NCBI GenBank assembly: GCA_965204045.1
Contig: CBDBDW010000002.1
Coordinates: forward strand, 2,754,610 to 2,818,609
Direction of reading: 5' to 3'
Source: Gammaproteobacteria bacterium
GTDB lineage: Bacteria; Pseudomonadota; Gammaproteobacteria; Eutrophobiales; Eutrophobiaceae
Length of the DNA: 64,000 nucleotides
Each line of letters opens with the position of its first letter. The first letter of the stretch is position 1. The notes under the pieces were generated by a model. It was not told where the DNA came from, did not search any database, and was given only the letters and a program-made list of their open reading frames with translations. A program made the position numbers and the translations under genes. This document shows, one piece after another, positions 37,824 through 47,288 of the stretch.

Positions 37824-39038
37824 TCAATGCCAGAGCGTGCGCAATAACTTAGTGACCTCGGCCAGGCTTTCCAAGTTGTGTACGGGGAGGAAGTAATCCA
37901 GGAAGGGCAGGGCTGTTTGCATCCCTTTACACAGGGGTTGGTAGCTAGTGTTACCCAGCAACGGGTTCAACCAGATGATCTTGTTGACGCGCCGCCGCAG
38001 TTGTTCCATCTCGTTACGCATCAGGTCGGCGTCACCCTGGTCCCAGCCGTCACTCAGGATCACGGCGATGGTGTGGGAACTCAGCATCTGGTGGGCTTGT
38101 TGATCATTCAACTCGCGCAGGCAACCGCCGATATTCGTGCCCCCGGCCCAGTCATGCACCTGGTCCGACATCTGTTTAATCACCTCATCGATATCCCTGC
38201 GGTTCAGGTAAGGCGTAATGCTGGTCATGCGGGTCGAGAACACCGCGACTTCGATATTTGAGATATTCGCGCCCATGGCGCAGATGAGTTGAATCAGGAA
38301 CCGGCTGTAGCGCTCCATCGAACCGCTCACGTCGCAGAACAGGATGAGCTTGTTCTTCTTCAGCCGGTGGGTTTTATAAGCCAGTTTCAGGCAGTACTCC
38401 CCGTAAGGCATGCTGCGCCGGAATATCTTCCTGATATCAAGCTGCTGTCCCGATTTTGCCGGGCTGAAGCGCCGGCTCTTGCGATTCGCCAGGATGGCAA
38501 TCAATTCGGCAATGATCTTGCGGGCCTCATCCAGTTCCTTGTCAGTCATCCCGTCTATGTCTTTTTTCACCAGTAATTCATGGCTTGAATAACCGGTTTG
38601 TTCCGGATCGCCCTCATGTTCCTCCGCAGCACCCGGACCTTCCCCATCTGCGGGCTGGAACTGCTTTTGTAACTGCCGGGCTTCACCCGCGCCGTCGCCG
38701 TTTTCCTCTTCGCCGGCGGGGCGCTCGTCTTCAAATGGAATATCCTGGTTTTGCCAGTACTCACGGAACAGGAGGGCGAACAATTCCATGTCTTCCCTGT
38801 TGATAATCAGGGTCGCCAGGGCAGCCGCATAAAAATCTTCGTAATTGGCTATATCGATGTACAGGAGGCTGCGACTTAAATCGATCAGGTTGGCGGGATT
38901 GACGTCAATGCCTGCATCATGCAGTTTTCTACCGAAGCGGATGATGTGGGTGATGAACGGAAGCTCTTCCCGGCCGTTGTCCGTGCCGTCATTCCGGCCC
39001 AGGCCGGAACCCGGTAATGCAGGAGCATTAATCGCCAT
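37824..39038 (-). CDS. VWA-domain protein, CoxE-like (Mo-hydroxylase maturation)
   Basis: von Willebrand A motif with MIDAS residues (LILFCDVSGSMERYS). About 400 aa. It lies immediately downstream of a MoxR ATPase, as in coxD-coxE pairs. Confidence 0.8.
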   Translation of the reverse strand: MAINAPALPGSGLGRNDGTDNGREELPFITHIIRFGRKLHDAGIDVNPANLIDLSRSLLYIDIANYEDFYAAALATLIINREDMELFALLFREYWQNQDIPFEDERPAGEEENGDGAGEARQLQKQFQPADGEGPGAAEEHEGDPEQTGYSSHELLVKKDIDGMTDKELDEARKIIAELIAILANRKSRRFSPAKSGQQLDIRKIFRRSMPYGEYCLKLAYKTHRLKKNKLILFCDVSGSMERYSRFLIQLICAMGANISNIEVAVFSTRMTSITPYLNRRDIDEVIKQMSDQVHDWAGGTNIGGCLRELNDQQAHQMLSSHTIAVILSDGWDQGDADLMRNEMEQLRRRVNKIIWLNPLLGNTSYQPLCKGMQTALPFLDYFLPVHNLESLAEVTKLLRTLWH

Positions 39039-39041
39039 TAC

Positions 39042-39965
39042 TCAGTTGATGCTGCTCTGAGCGCCTAACGTCGGACCGCCTTTGAAATTCTTGGTGAGAG
39101 CCAGGGCCTTCTGCAGATTGCTACCGATGAGTTTTTCCTGATCTTGCTTATATTTAAGTATGCAACTTAATGTAGTTTCTATAATATCCTGCTCCAGTTC
39201 CTCAATACCCAGCGAGAGTAAGGCATTGGCCCAGTCAAGGGTCTCGGCGATACCGGGCCGCTTGTAGAAATCCTCCCGGCGTAACAACTCCATGAATTTG
39301 CACACCTGGATTGACAGCGTTTCCTTGATTTTCGGCACTTTTGTCAGGACGATGTTGAGCTCTTTTTCCAGGGTCGGGTAGTCGATCCAGTGATAAAGGC
39401 AACGGCGCTTGAGCGCATCGTGCATCTCCCTGGTCCGGTTGGAGGTCAATACCACGAACGGCGGTTGTTCCGCCTTGATGGTGCCTACTTCGGGTATGGT
39501 AATCTGGAAATCAGACAGCACTTCCAGCAGGAATGCTTCGAACTCGTCATCAGAGCGGTCAATTTCATCAATCAGCAGGACGGGACGTTTGCCGGGGGAC
39601 TGGATGGCCTGCAGCAGCGGTCTTTTCAGCAGGAACTGCTCATCGAAGATATTGGCGCCTATCTCCTTCTTGTCCACACCGCGGGCTTCCTGGAGCCGCA
39701 CCTCAAGCATTTGCCGCAGGTAATTCCATTCATACAATGCCAGGTTGGTATCAAGGCCTTCGTAACACTGCAGCCGGATGAGATCGGTATCCAGGCTTTT
39801 TGCCAGGACTTTGGCCACTTCGGTCTTGCCGACTCCCGGTTCCCCTTCCAGGTAAAGGGGTTTTCCCAGTGTCGTGGCCAGGTAAACAGTGGTCGCCAGG
39901 TGGCGGTCGGTGATATAGCCTTGCGTGGCGAATTTTTGCTCTATCTCTTCGATTGACTGAAACAT
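39042..39965 (-). CDS. MoxR-family AAA ATPase, CoxD-like
   Basis: Walker A LEGEPGVGKT, Walker B LLIDEIDRSDDEFEAFLLEVL, and the MoxR C-terminal region. Confidence 0.85.
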   Translation of the reverse strand: MFQSIEEIEQKFATQGYITDRHLATTVYLATTLGKPLYLEGEPGVGKTEVAKVLAKSLDTDLIRLQCYEGLDTNLALYEWNYLRQMLEVRLQEARGVDKKEIGANIFDEQFLLKRPLLQAIQSPGKRPVLLIDEIDRSDDEFEAFLLEVLSDFQITIPEVGTIKAEQPPFVVLTSNRTREMHDALKRRCLYHWIDYPTLEKELNIVLTKVPKIKETLSIQVCKFMELLRREDFYKRPGIAETLDWANALLSLGIEELEQDIIETTLSCILKYKQDQEKLIGSNLQKALALTKNFKGGPTLGAQSSIN

Positions 39966-40032
39966 TTTCCTGGGCCTGTTATGGTTGAATCCGGTATTTC
40001 AGGTACATGATTGCGCTGGATACGGTCCGGAA

Positions 40033-41028
40033 TTATAGAGGGCTTCCCTTGATATAACCACCGTTACCCATGCGCATGATGTCTTCCCGGGTGACGGGAA
40101 TACCCGCCAGCAGCCTCTCCAGCACCCAGTCAAAACCGTTCACCGCCGGAGAACGGGCGCATCCGGGCATGACTACTACCGGATGGCCGCCGGTAAATTC
40201 ACCCAGCGCCAGCAGGTTGCCCGGTTCCACCGGCATTCCCAGGTGTGTGATCCCGCCACCTGCCGTTTCGATTGCGACCGGAATTACATCACGGCGGTCG
40301 GCGGTGGCGCTGGCGCCGGTGATCAGGATCATTTCACTCCCGCCTTTCAACAGTTTTTCAAGTGCTTCAGCAATGGCGCCCTCTTCGTGCTCACAGCGAA
40401 TTTCCGAACTTACCCGGTTGTCCAGGCGTTGCAACCGGTTATCGAGTACGTCGCGGGTTTTGTCCAGGACAGCTTCTTTCATGCCCGGATAAAATGTCTG
40501 GATAAAGCCGATGTCCAGCCTGTTATAGCCGTTGATGTCAAGCAGGGGAGGGAGCCCGGACTGTATTTTTTCTATGCCTGACACACTCGCCTTATCCACA
40601 CCGTAGGGTATGATTTTCACCGTGGCGACTGCCTGTCCCTTGGTGACCGTTGAATACGGCGGCAATACCGCGAGGGTTATGGCTTCATCCGTCATGTTGA
40701 TACTGTCCAGGCGCTCGATGTCGTAAACCAGCAGTCCGGAGCTTTCCGCCATAATATTATTTCTGCCGGTACGGGGGCGTTGCGGGCGCACATTTTTCCC
40801 TGCGATGAAAACGGCTATGCGCCGCGCCGTTTCGTTTTCATCCAGGTCTGTGGCCTCAAGACGCGCGATGACCACCGATTCACACCCGGCGGCAGCAAGC
40901 AGCCTCACTTGCTCTTCAGACAGAACAGTGCCCTTTTTCAGGTTGATATCCTGGTATTTCACGGAATGGGCGAGAATGCCTCCTTCCGCCTCCGCAACCG
41001 GCATGCGACCGAATTTCATTGTTCTCAA
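40033..41028 (-). CDS. Molybdopterin-binding protein with MoeA/MoCF-biosynthesis-like domain
   Basis: C-terminal ILITGASATADRRDVIPVAIETAGG...GMPVEPGNLLALGEF...VVVMPGCARSPAVNGFDWVL resembles the MoeA/MogA MoCF domain (SGG.S.G..D ... PGKP ... LPGNP.S). Confidence 0.5.
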   Translation of the reverse strand: MRTMKFGRMPVAEAEGGILAHSVKYQDINLKKGTVLSEEQVRLLAAAGCESVVIARLEATDLDENETARRIAVFIAGKNVRPQRPRTGRNNIMAESSGLLVYDIERLDSINMTDEAITLAVLPPYSTVTKGQAVATVKIIPYGVDKASVSGIEKIQSGLPPLLDINGYNRLDIGFIQTFYPGMKEAVLDKTRDVLDNRLQRLDNRVSSEIRCEHEEGAIAEALEKLLKGGSEMILITGASATADRRDVIPVAIETAGGGITHLGMPVEPGNLLALGEFTGGHPVVVMPGCARSPAVNGFDWVLERLLAGIPVTREDIMRMGNGGYIKGSPL

Positions 41029-41173
41029 GTAACCCGCAGGGTAGTGTTCCGTTGTCGGGAAAAAGACTTGTCAACCTGTTATAATGCACACATATCACAA
41101 GCGATATCAATAATATCGTAAACAATCCTGCTCGGGTGCATGGCATTTCGCGCTGCTGACCGAATTTATCCAA

Positions 41174-42493
41174 ATGCGTGACTACATTGAAAAACTATCA
41201 GGACGCGGCGAGTTGCACGTGGTTGAGCGGGAAGTGGACCCCCGGTTCGAACTGGCCGCTGTCACTAGCCGTTCGCAAAAGGAAAGCGATTACCCTGTTC
41301 TGTTCAGGAACGTAAAGGGCACAAACCTGCCGGTGATCTCCAATATATACGGAAGCCACGCAAGACTGTGTGAAATTATCGGTACCACCAAGGGCAATTT
41401 CTGCCGGCACTGGCAGACGCTGGTGGATGATAACCCCGGTTCGGAGCACTCATACACCTGTGAGAGCGCAATGGAAGAAGAGCGCGTGGAAGGAAATATC
41501 AGTGATTTGCCCCACATTACTTATTTTGAGCGGGATGCCGGGCCTTATATCACCGCAGGCGTATTCCTGGCAAAGGAGCCGGACACGGGTGTGCCCAACC
41601 TGTCTTTCTGCCGCTCCATGATGGTCAGCGACGATGAACTGCGGGTGCGGCTGGCGCCTCCCCACGACATCACCCAATACCAGAAGAAGGCCGAAGCAAG
41701 AAGCCAGCCGCTGGAGGTGGCGATATTGATCGGACCCCCGCCGGAAGTGTTCATGGCAGCCTGCGCTTCGGTGCCGATTGAGCAGGATGAACTGGCTATT
41801 GCCGCCCGGCTGATGGGAACGCCTGTGCCGATGCGCCCGTGTCGCCGTATCGACATGCAGGTCCCGGCTGAGACCGAGATCGTGATTGAAGGCCGTATCC
41901 TGCCCCATGAGCGCAGACCGGAAGGACCGTTCGGTGAGTTCCAGGGATACTATGTCAAGCAGGCGGATAACCACGTGTTCGAAGTGCTGAACGTGAGTTG
42001 GCGCGAGGGAGCCTGTTTTCATGGTTTATTGTGCGGTTACATGGAGGACCTGCGCGCCCTGGAGGTTTCCTTTGCGACCCGCGTCTACAGGCATATCTCC
42101 GCGGGCGTGCCGGGCATCCTGGACGTGAGTTGTTATCCGACCCCGATGCATACCATCGTACAGATCCGGCCGGAATACGATGGGCATGCAAAACATGTCA
42201 TGCTCAAGGTTTTCAGCTCCCACCTGCAGTACAACAAAGTCTGCATCGTCGTGGATGGGGACGTGGACATCCATGATTTTGAGGACGTGTGGTGGGCGGT
42301 CATGACCCGGGGGCGTATAGACAAAGACATCATGACCCTGCCGGGAGTGCCGGGCTTTTTCCGCGACCCCGCCGGCGTTTATACGGGGCGGCTTGGGATC
42401 GATGCGACCAAACCCTTCGACATGCGCGAGAACTTCGAAAGGAAACGCGTGCCGGGCTTGCCGGAGATCAACCTGAAGGACTATTTCACCTGA
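41174..42493 (+). CDS. UbiD-family (prFMN-dependent) reversible decarboxylase
   Basis: The typical UbiD N-terminus (MRDYIEKLSGRGELHVVEREVDPRFELAAVTSR...PVLFRNVKG...PVISNIYGS) and full length (about 440 aa). Confidence 0.85.
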   Translation: MRDYIEKLSGRGELHVVEREVDPRFELAAVTSRSQKESDYPVLFRNVKGTNLPVISNIYGSHARLCEIIGTTKGNFCRHWQTLVDDNPGSEHSYTCESAMEEERVEGNISDLPHITYFERDAGPYITAGVFLAKEPDTGVPNLSFCRSMMVSDDELRVRLAPPHDITQYQKKAEARSQPLEVAILIGPPPEVFMAACASVPIEQDELAIAARLMGTPVPMRPCRRIDMQVPAETEIVIEGRILPHERRPEGPFGEFQGYYVKQADNHVFEVLNVSWREGACFHGLLCGYMEDLRALEVSFATRVYRHISAGVPGILDVSCYPTPMHTIVQIRPEYDGHAKHVMLKVFSSHLQYNKVCIVVDGDVDIHDFEDVWWAVMTRGRIDKDIMTLPGVPGFFRDPAGVYTGRLGIDATKPFDMRENFERKRVPGLPEINLKDYFT

Positions 42494-43525
42494 TCACGGG
42501 CGGCGCAGTATTTCGATGACTGCCTGCGTTATGGGATTGGCGTTCGACACAGTCCCGCGGCTGACACAGGAGTCAAAGCGCCGGTCAAGATCGCCGGCAT
42601 CCAGTTCCCCTGCTGCGCCTATCGCGACGATGCGGGATGAAGGCGTCATTTCATGCCAGGGTGCGCCTTTTGCCAGGGTCACGCGTTTGCCCGTCATTTG
42701 CAGGATTACCTGTTTGTCCGGTACTTCACGGAGCTGCAGGATGCCCTTGCAGCGGAATACGGACAAGGGCAATGATTGAAACGTGCCGTAAGCGGATTCA
42801 AAATCCAACGGTGCATCACTTTGCCATGAATAACCGGCATAGGCATGGGTATGATCTGCGTGCCCGTGGCTTTCATGTCCGTGAGACCCTGCCGTTGTGC
42901 CGGCAAATGCGAAAGTCCGGTCTTCATGAAGGCTCAGGCCAAGCAGTAATTCCAAAGGAACATCAGCGCGAACTGCTTCGATAATACGTGATCTTGGCGC
43001 TATCTCCTTTATATGTCTGGAAACCTGTTCACTCGTGCCGGTATCGGCCAGGTCGATCTTGTTGATGATGGCGATATCGGCGACTTCGATCTGGTCTTCA
43101 GCCAGCTTCCCATTCAACTCGTCCAGTTCCAGCACCTCACTGGCGTCGACCACGGTGATAATGCCATCCAGTTGCGTTGCCGCGGCCAGGTCGGTCGACA
43201 TCACGATGGCCATGGCTGCGGTCTTCGGGTCGGACACGCCGCTCATTTCCACGACGATCATTTCAGGGTCGGGGTCCATTTGCAGAAGTTGTTGTATGGC
43301 TTCTACGAGATCATCGCGCATATTGCAACATACGCACCCATTGGTCAGGCTGATGGTTTCGCCTTCAACCCGGGTAATGAGTTGCGCATCGATGTTGATT
43401 TCTCCGAAATCATTCACCAGCACCCCGATACGCCGGCCATGTTGGCCGTTAAGTATGCGGTTAAGCAGTGTCGTTTTCCCGGAGCCGAGAAAACCGGCCA
43501 CGAGGCTGACGGGTACTTTATTCAT
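42494..43525 (-). CDS. CobW/COG0523-family GTPase metallochaperone
   Basis: MNKVPVSLVAGFLGSGKTTLLNRIL (P-loop), the CxCC metal-binding motif (NGCVCCNMRDDL), and a His-rich stretch SHGHESHGHADHTH. Start taken at the ATG at 43525. Confidence 0.85.
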   Translation of the reverse strand: MNKVPVSLVAGFLGSGKTTLLNRILNGQHGRRIGVLVNDFGEINIDAQLITRVEGETISLTNGCVCCNMRDDLVEAIQQLLQMDPDPEMIVVEMSGVSDPKTAAMAIVMSTDLAAATQLDGIITVVDASEVLELDELNGKLAEDQIEVADIAIINKIDLADTGTSEQVSRHIKEIAPRSRIIEAVRADVPLELLLGLSLHEDRTFAFAGTTAGSHGHESHGHADHTHAYAGYSWQSDAPLDFESAYGTFQSLPLSVFRCKGILQLREVPDKQVILQMTGKRVTLAKGAPWHEMTPSSRIVAIGAAGELDAGDLDRRFDSCVSRGTVSNANPITQAVIEILRRP

Positions 43526-43621
43526 TCTGCTCTGCGCCGGTGATGCGTTAATCATGTGCTTAATTGTCAATCATATTATTAACGATTATACTCAGGAAAT
43601 TCTTAATTCCCGATTCGGATT

Positions 43622-45013
43622 ATGAACTGTGACCTGTTAATCAGCAACGGTAATATAGTCACTGCGGAAAAAACCTTTCCAGGGTATATCGCCGTTACCG
43701 GTGGCAGGATAAGCGCCATGGGCCAGGGCGATGCCTCCATGGGTGCGGCACGGGAAATTGATGCCGGCGGTCGGCATATCATGCCAGGCGTTATCGATCC
43801 TCACGCGCACCTGGGCTACATGGATACTCTGGAAGCCGTGGAAACCGAGACCAGGGCCGCGGCTTGCGGTGGCGTCACGACGCTGGGGGTTTATATCCTG
43901 GCGCTGAAAGAAGGGCTGTTGAGACAGTTCGAGAATTTCAGAAATACCTTCGAACAAAGGAGTTTTATCGATGGTTTCTGGCACCTGATGGTCATTGACG
44001 CCATCACCACCAGTGAAATTGAAACCTGTCCCGCTGAAGTCGGCCTGACCTCTTTCAAGTTCAACATGGGCTACAAGGGTCCCCACGCAGACCTGATTGG
44101 CATCACCGCGACCGATGACGGAGCGGTGTACAAGGGTTTTCGTATGATCAACAGGTCCGGTCCTCCCAGTCTTGCCGCGTGCCATACGGAGAATATCGAC
44201 ATCCACCTGATGCTGAGAGACGAACTGATCGCCCAGGGCCGCAACGACTTTGCGGTTTGGAATGAATCGCGCCCCCCGTTCGTGGAGGCGGAATGCATGC
44301 GCAGGGCAATATATCTCGCTGAAAGCGCCGGTTGCCCGTTGTATATACCCCATATCACCATTGCCGAAGGCGTGGATATCATAGCAGAGGCTCGGGAGAG
44401 AGGTATTGAGGTAACTGGAGAAACCTGCCCGCAGTACCTGACCCATAACGGCGAGGAACCGGCCCGGGTGTTGCTGGATCATCCCGCCTGCGCCTGTGTC
44501 AATCCGCCGCTCCGGGACAAGGCGTCCAATGCAAGGTTATGGGAGGGGATAGCTGATGGAACCATTCAGTGTGTCGGTTCCGACCTGGCCCCCACGACCC
44601 TGGCGATGAAAGGAGACGATATCTGGAATGCGCCCATGGGACTGGGTAATACATCGGAGTTGTTACTGCCGATTATGCTCAGCGAAGGTGTCAACAAGGG
44701 TCGCATCAGCCTGGAACAAGTGGCCGAAATCTGTGCCCTCAACCCGGCCAGGGTATTCGGCATCTACCCGCGCAAGGGCCGGTTGGCTGTCGGCGCTGAT
44801 GCGGATATCGTCATCGTCGACCTGGATAAGGAAGTTACGGTAAAAACTGAAAACCTGCGCAGCATGTGTGACTGGAGTATCTATGACGGCTGGACACTGA
44901 AAGGCTGGCCTGTCCATACGGTATTACGGGGCCGGGTCATAGTCGGGGAGGGAGAGCCCGATGCGCTGCAGCCCGGGCAGGGCATGTATATTTCCCGCAA
45001 TGACATCAACTGA
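43622..45013 (+). CDS. Cyclic amidohydrolase of the dihydropyrimidinase/hydantoinase/allantoinase family
   Basis: Metal ligands HIMPGVIDPHAHLGY (HxH). The carbamylatable Lys context TSFKFNMGYKG. About 460 aa with D-hydantoinase family architecture. Confidence 0.8.
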   Translation: MNCDLLISNGNIVTAEKTFPGYIAVTGGRISAMGQGDASMGAAREIDAGGRHIMPGVIDPHAHLGYMDTLEAVETETRAAACGGVTTLGVYILALKEGLLRQFENFRNTFEQRSFIDGFWHLMVIDAITTSEIETCPAEVGLTSFKFNMGYKGPHADLIGITATDDGAVYKGFRMINRSGPPSLAACHTENIDIHLMLRDELIAQGRNDFAVWNESRPPFVEAECMRRAIYLAESAGCPLYIPHITIAEGVDIIAEARERGIEVTGETCPQYLTHNGEEPARVLLDHPACACVNPPLRDKASNARLWEGIADGTIQCVGSDLAPTTLAMKGDDIWNAPMGLGNTSELLLPIMLSEGVNKGRISLEQVAEICALNPARVFGIYPRKGRLAVGADADIVIVDLDKEVTVKTENLRSMCDWSIYDGWTLKGWPVHTVLRGRVIVGEGEPDALQPGQGMYISRNDIN

Positions 45014-45031
45014 CATCCTGACGCGGCTACG

Positions 45032-45919
45032 ATGATCCCGGAACAATATCGCAGGTATGAAGATACTGTCTCCCTGGGCTGTGTCAACTACCGGAGTATC
45101 TGGAACGACAAGGCTGCAAGCCTTGCCAAGGTCAAAAAGCTGATCACGGAAGCGGCACAGCAGGGGGTCAACATCCTGGCATTCCCGGAACTGTCCCTGA
45201 GCGGCTATGAGAGCGATGAAGACAATACCATGCACCGGGAGTTTGCCGAGACCATTCCCGGGCCGGTAACCGAGGAAATTGCCGAGTTGACCCGGCGCCT
45301 GGATATCTACGTGGTGCTGGGCATGCCGGAACGCAGCGCCGAGGATGACGGTACCTGTTATATCTCCTGTCCCCTGCTCGGCCCTGAAGGTTTAATCGGC
45401 GCCTATCGAAAACTGCATCTTGGCACACCGCCGCTGTTCAGGGAGAGCCTGTGTTTTACCGGCGGCAGCCGGGTTCCGGTGTTTGAGACCCGTTATGGTC
45501 CGATCGGAATTCAGATCTGCGCCGATTTCTGGGTCTTTCCCGAACTGTGCCGCATCCTGATGTTGAAGGGTGCGCGCATCATCATCAACAGCACCGCCAG
45601 TATGGCCATGCCGGGCAGGCCATTTTACATCACGACCATGACCGCGGCGCGGGCAACGGAGAACCTGGTATACACGGCCAGCGCCAACCTGGTTGGGAAA
45701 GAGAATACCTTGTCCTATTATGGCTGCAGTACCATCGCCGGGCCGGACTACCCGCGCTTTTCCCATGTGTACGCGCAGGCCGGGGACAAGGAGGAGATTA
45801 TCAGCGCCGAGTTGAGTTTTACCAGGCTCCATGAATTTCGCGATGCCCTGGCGCTGGAAAAAATCAGGCGTTCTGACGTGATTGACGATGAGTTTGAACA
45901 GGTGAAGAGGAATATCTGA
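45032..45919 (+). CDS. Carbon-nitrogen hydrolase (nitrilase superfamily; N-carbamoyl-amino-acid amidohydrolase / beta-ureidopropionase-like)
   Basis: Catalytic triad contexts ILAFPELSLSGY (Glu), AYRKLHL (Lys) and GIQICADFWVFPE (Cys). Confidence 0.8.
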   Translation: MIPEQYRRYEDTVSLGCVNYRSIWNDKAASLAKVKKLITEAAQQGVNILAFPELSLSGYESDEDNTMHREFAETIPGPVTEEIAELTRRLDIYVVLGMPERSAEDDGTCYISCPLLGPEGLIGAYRKLHLGTPPLFRESLCFTGGSRVPVFETRYGPIGIQICADFWVFPELCRILMLKGARIIINSTASMAMPGRPFYITTMTAARATENLVYTASANLVGKENTLSYYGCSTIAGPDYPRFSHVYAQAGDKEEIISAELSFTRLHEFRDALALEKIRRSDVIDDEFEQVKRNI

Positions 45920-46785
45920 TGGAGTATTACAGTCCCACCGAGCTTGATCATGCCTACGCGTTGCTGGATAAATACGGTGATGGCGCCGTGCCCATTGCCG
46001 GCAGCACGTTTTTTATGAGCCACAGGGAAGAGTTGTTCGACGAGGCCGATGCCGTGATTGACATCAAGAGGCTGGGTTTGAACTATATCCGTCTGGATGA
46101 TGACGGGTTGCATATCGGCGCCACAACTACCTTCAACGAGATATTTGGCCACAAGCTCACCAGGGGCGGCCGGTACGCGATCTTGTCCGATACAGCGGGT
46201 GAGCTTAACACCAATGAGGTGCGGAACATGGCGACTATCGGCGGCGTGGTGTGTGTCGCCGGCGAAGTGGACATGCCGACGAGCCTGCTCGCCTGCGACG
46301 CCAATATCGTCATTGGCAGCAGCAGGGGAACCCGCGCCATGTCCACGTCGGAGTTTCATGTCGGCTACCTGAACAACGCCCTGGAGGAAGGTGAGATGGT
46401 GCTGGAAGTACATGTGCCGCAACCACCCGCAAATACCGGCGCTGGTTTTGCAAAATTTCAAAGAACCGCGGCAGACCTGCCGCTTGTCAACGTGGCAACC
46501 CGTGTGTCGCTGGACGGGACCGGCGCCTGCAGCGAGGCGCGGGTCGTCGCGGGGGCGTCGACATCATCCGGCGTGCCGGAACGCTCCGCGGCGGCAGAAG
46601 CCGTCCTGCTCGGCGGGATAATCGATGACGCACTGATTGAAAGCGCGGCAGCCGTGTCGAACGACATCGAATGCGTCAATGATTTCCGCGTCTCTGCGGA
46701 AGTCCGGCAATTGTGGGTGCGCTGCGGTGTGGAGGACACATTGAAACGGGCGGCTGCCCGGGCGCGGCAGGGAGGTGAAGCATGA
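45919..46785 (+). CDS. Molybdenum hydroxylase FAD-binding (medium, CoxM/XdhB-like) subunit
   Basis: FAD_binding_5 pattern (VPIAGSTFFM...ATIGGVV) and the CO-dehydrogenase-flavoprotein C-terminal domain. The ATGA overlap suggests translational coupling with the upstream gene. Confidence 0.8.
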   Translation: MEYYSPTELDHAYALLDKYGDGAVPIAGSTFFMSHREELFDEADAVIDIKRLGLNYIRLDDDGLHIGATTTFNEIFGHKLTRGGRYAILSDTAGELNTNEVRNMATIGGVVCVAGEVDMPTSLLACDANIVIGSSRGTRAMSTSEFHVGYLNNALEEGEMVLEVHVPQPPANTGAGFAKFQRTAADLPLVNVATRVSLDGTGACSEARVVAGASTSSGVPERSAAAEAVLLGGIIDDALIESAAAVSNDIECVNDFRVSAEVRQLWVRCGVEDTLKRAAARARQGGEA

Positions 46786-47270
46786 ACGCAATCAGTTTGA
46801 AGATAAACAACGAGGGCTACGATGTGCCGGTCAAACCGCACTGGTCGCTGGCATACGTTATCCGGGAGAAAATAGGACTGACCGGCACCAAGGCAGGTTG
46901 CGAGATGGGCACCTGCGGTTCCTGCACCCTGCTGCTGGACGGCAAGCCGATTTTTTCCTGCCTGCGCATGGCGATCGACGCCCAGGGCAGCGACATACGC
47001 ACCATTGAAGGGCTGGAGGAGGAGAACAACGGCGAACTGCACCCCTTGCAGGAAGCGTTCATACAGGACCACGGCATGCAGTGCGGTTTCTGCACCCCCG
47101 GGATGATCCTGGCGGCAAAACACCTGCTGGACCATAATCCTGACCCCACCGAACAACAGGTGCGCGAGGCCATAGGCGGCCACCTGTGCCGCTGCGGCAC
47201 CTACGTCAGGATCGTCAAGGCAATAATGAACGCGGCCGAAACCATGCGCAGTGCGCAAGCGACTCAATAA
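46782..47270 (+). CDS. Molybdenum hydroxylase (2Fe-2S) small subunit (CoxS-like)
   Basis: GCEMGTCGSCTLLLDG ... CGFCTPGMILAA ... CRCGTYVRI. Confidence 0.85.
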   Translation: MNAISLKINNEGYDVPVKPHWSLAYVIREKIGLTGTKAGCEMGTCGSCTLLLDGKPIFSCLRMAIDAQGSDIRTIEGLEEENNGELHPLQEAFIQDHGMQCGFCTPGMILAAKHLLDHNPDPTEQQVREAIGGHLCRCGTYVRIVKAIMNAAETMRSAQATQ

Positions 47271-47288
47271 TTGAAGAGGTAGAGAGAA

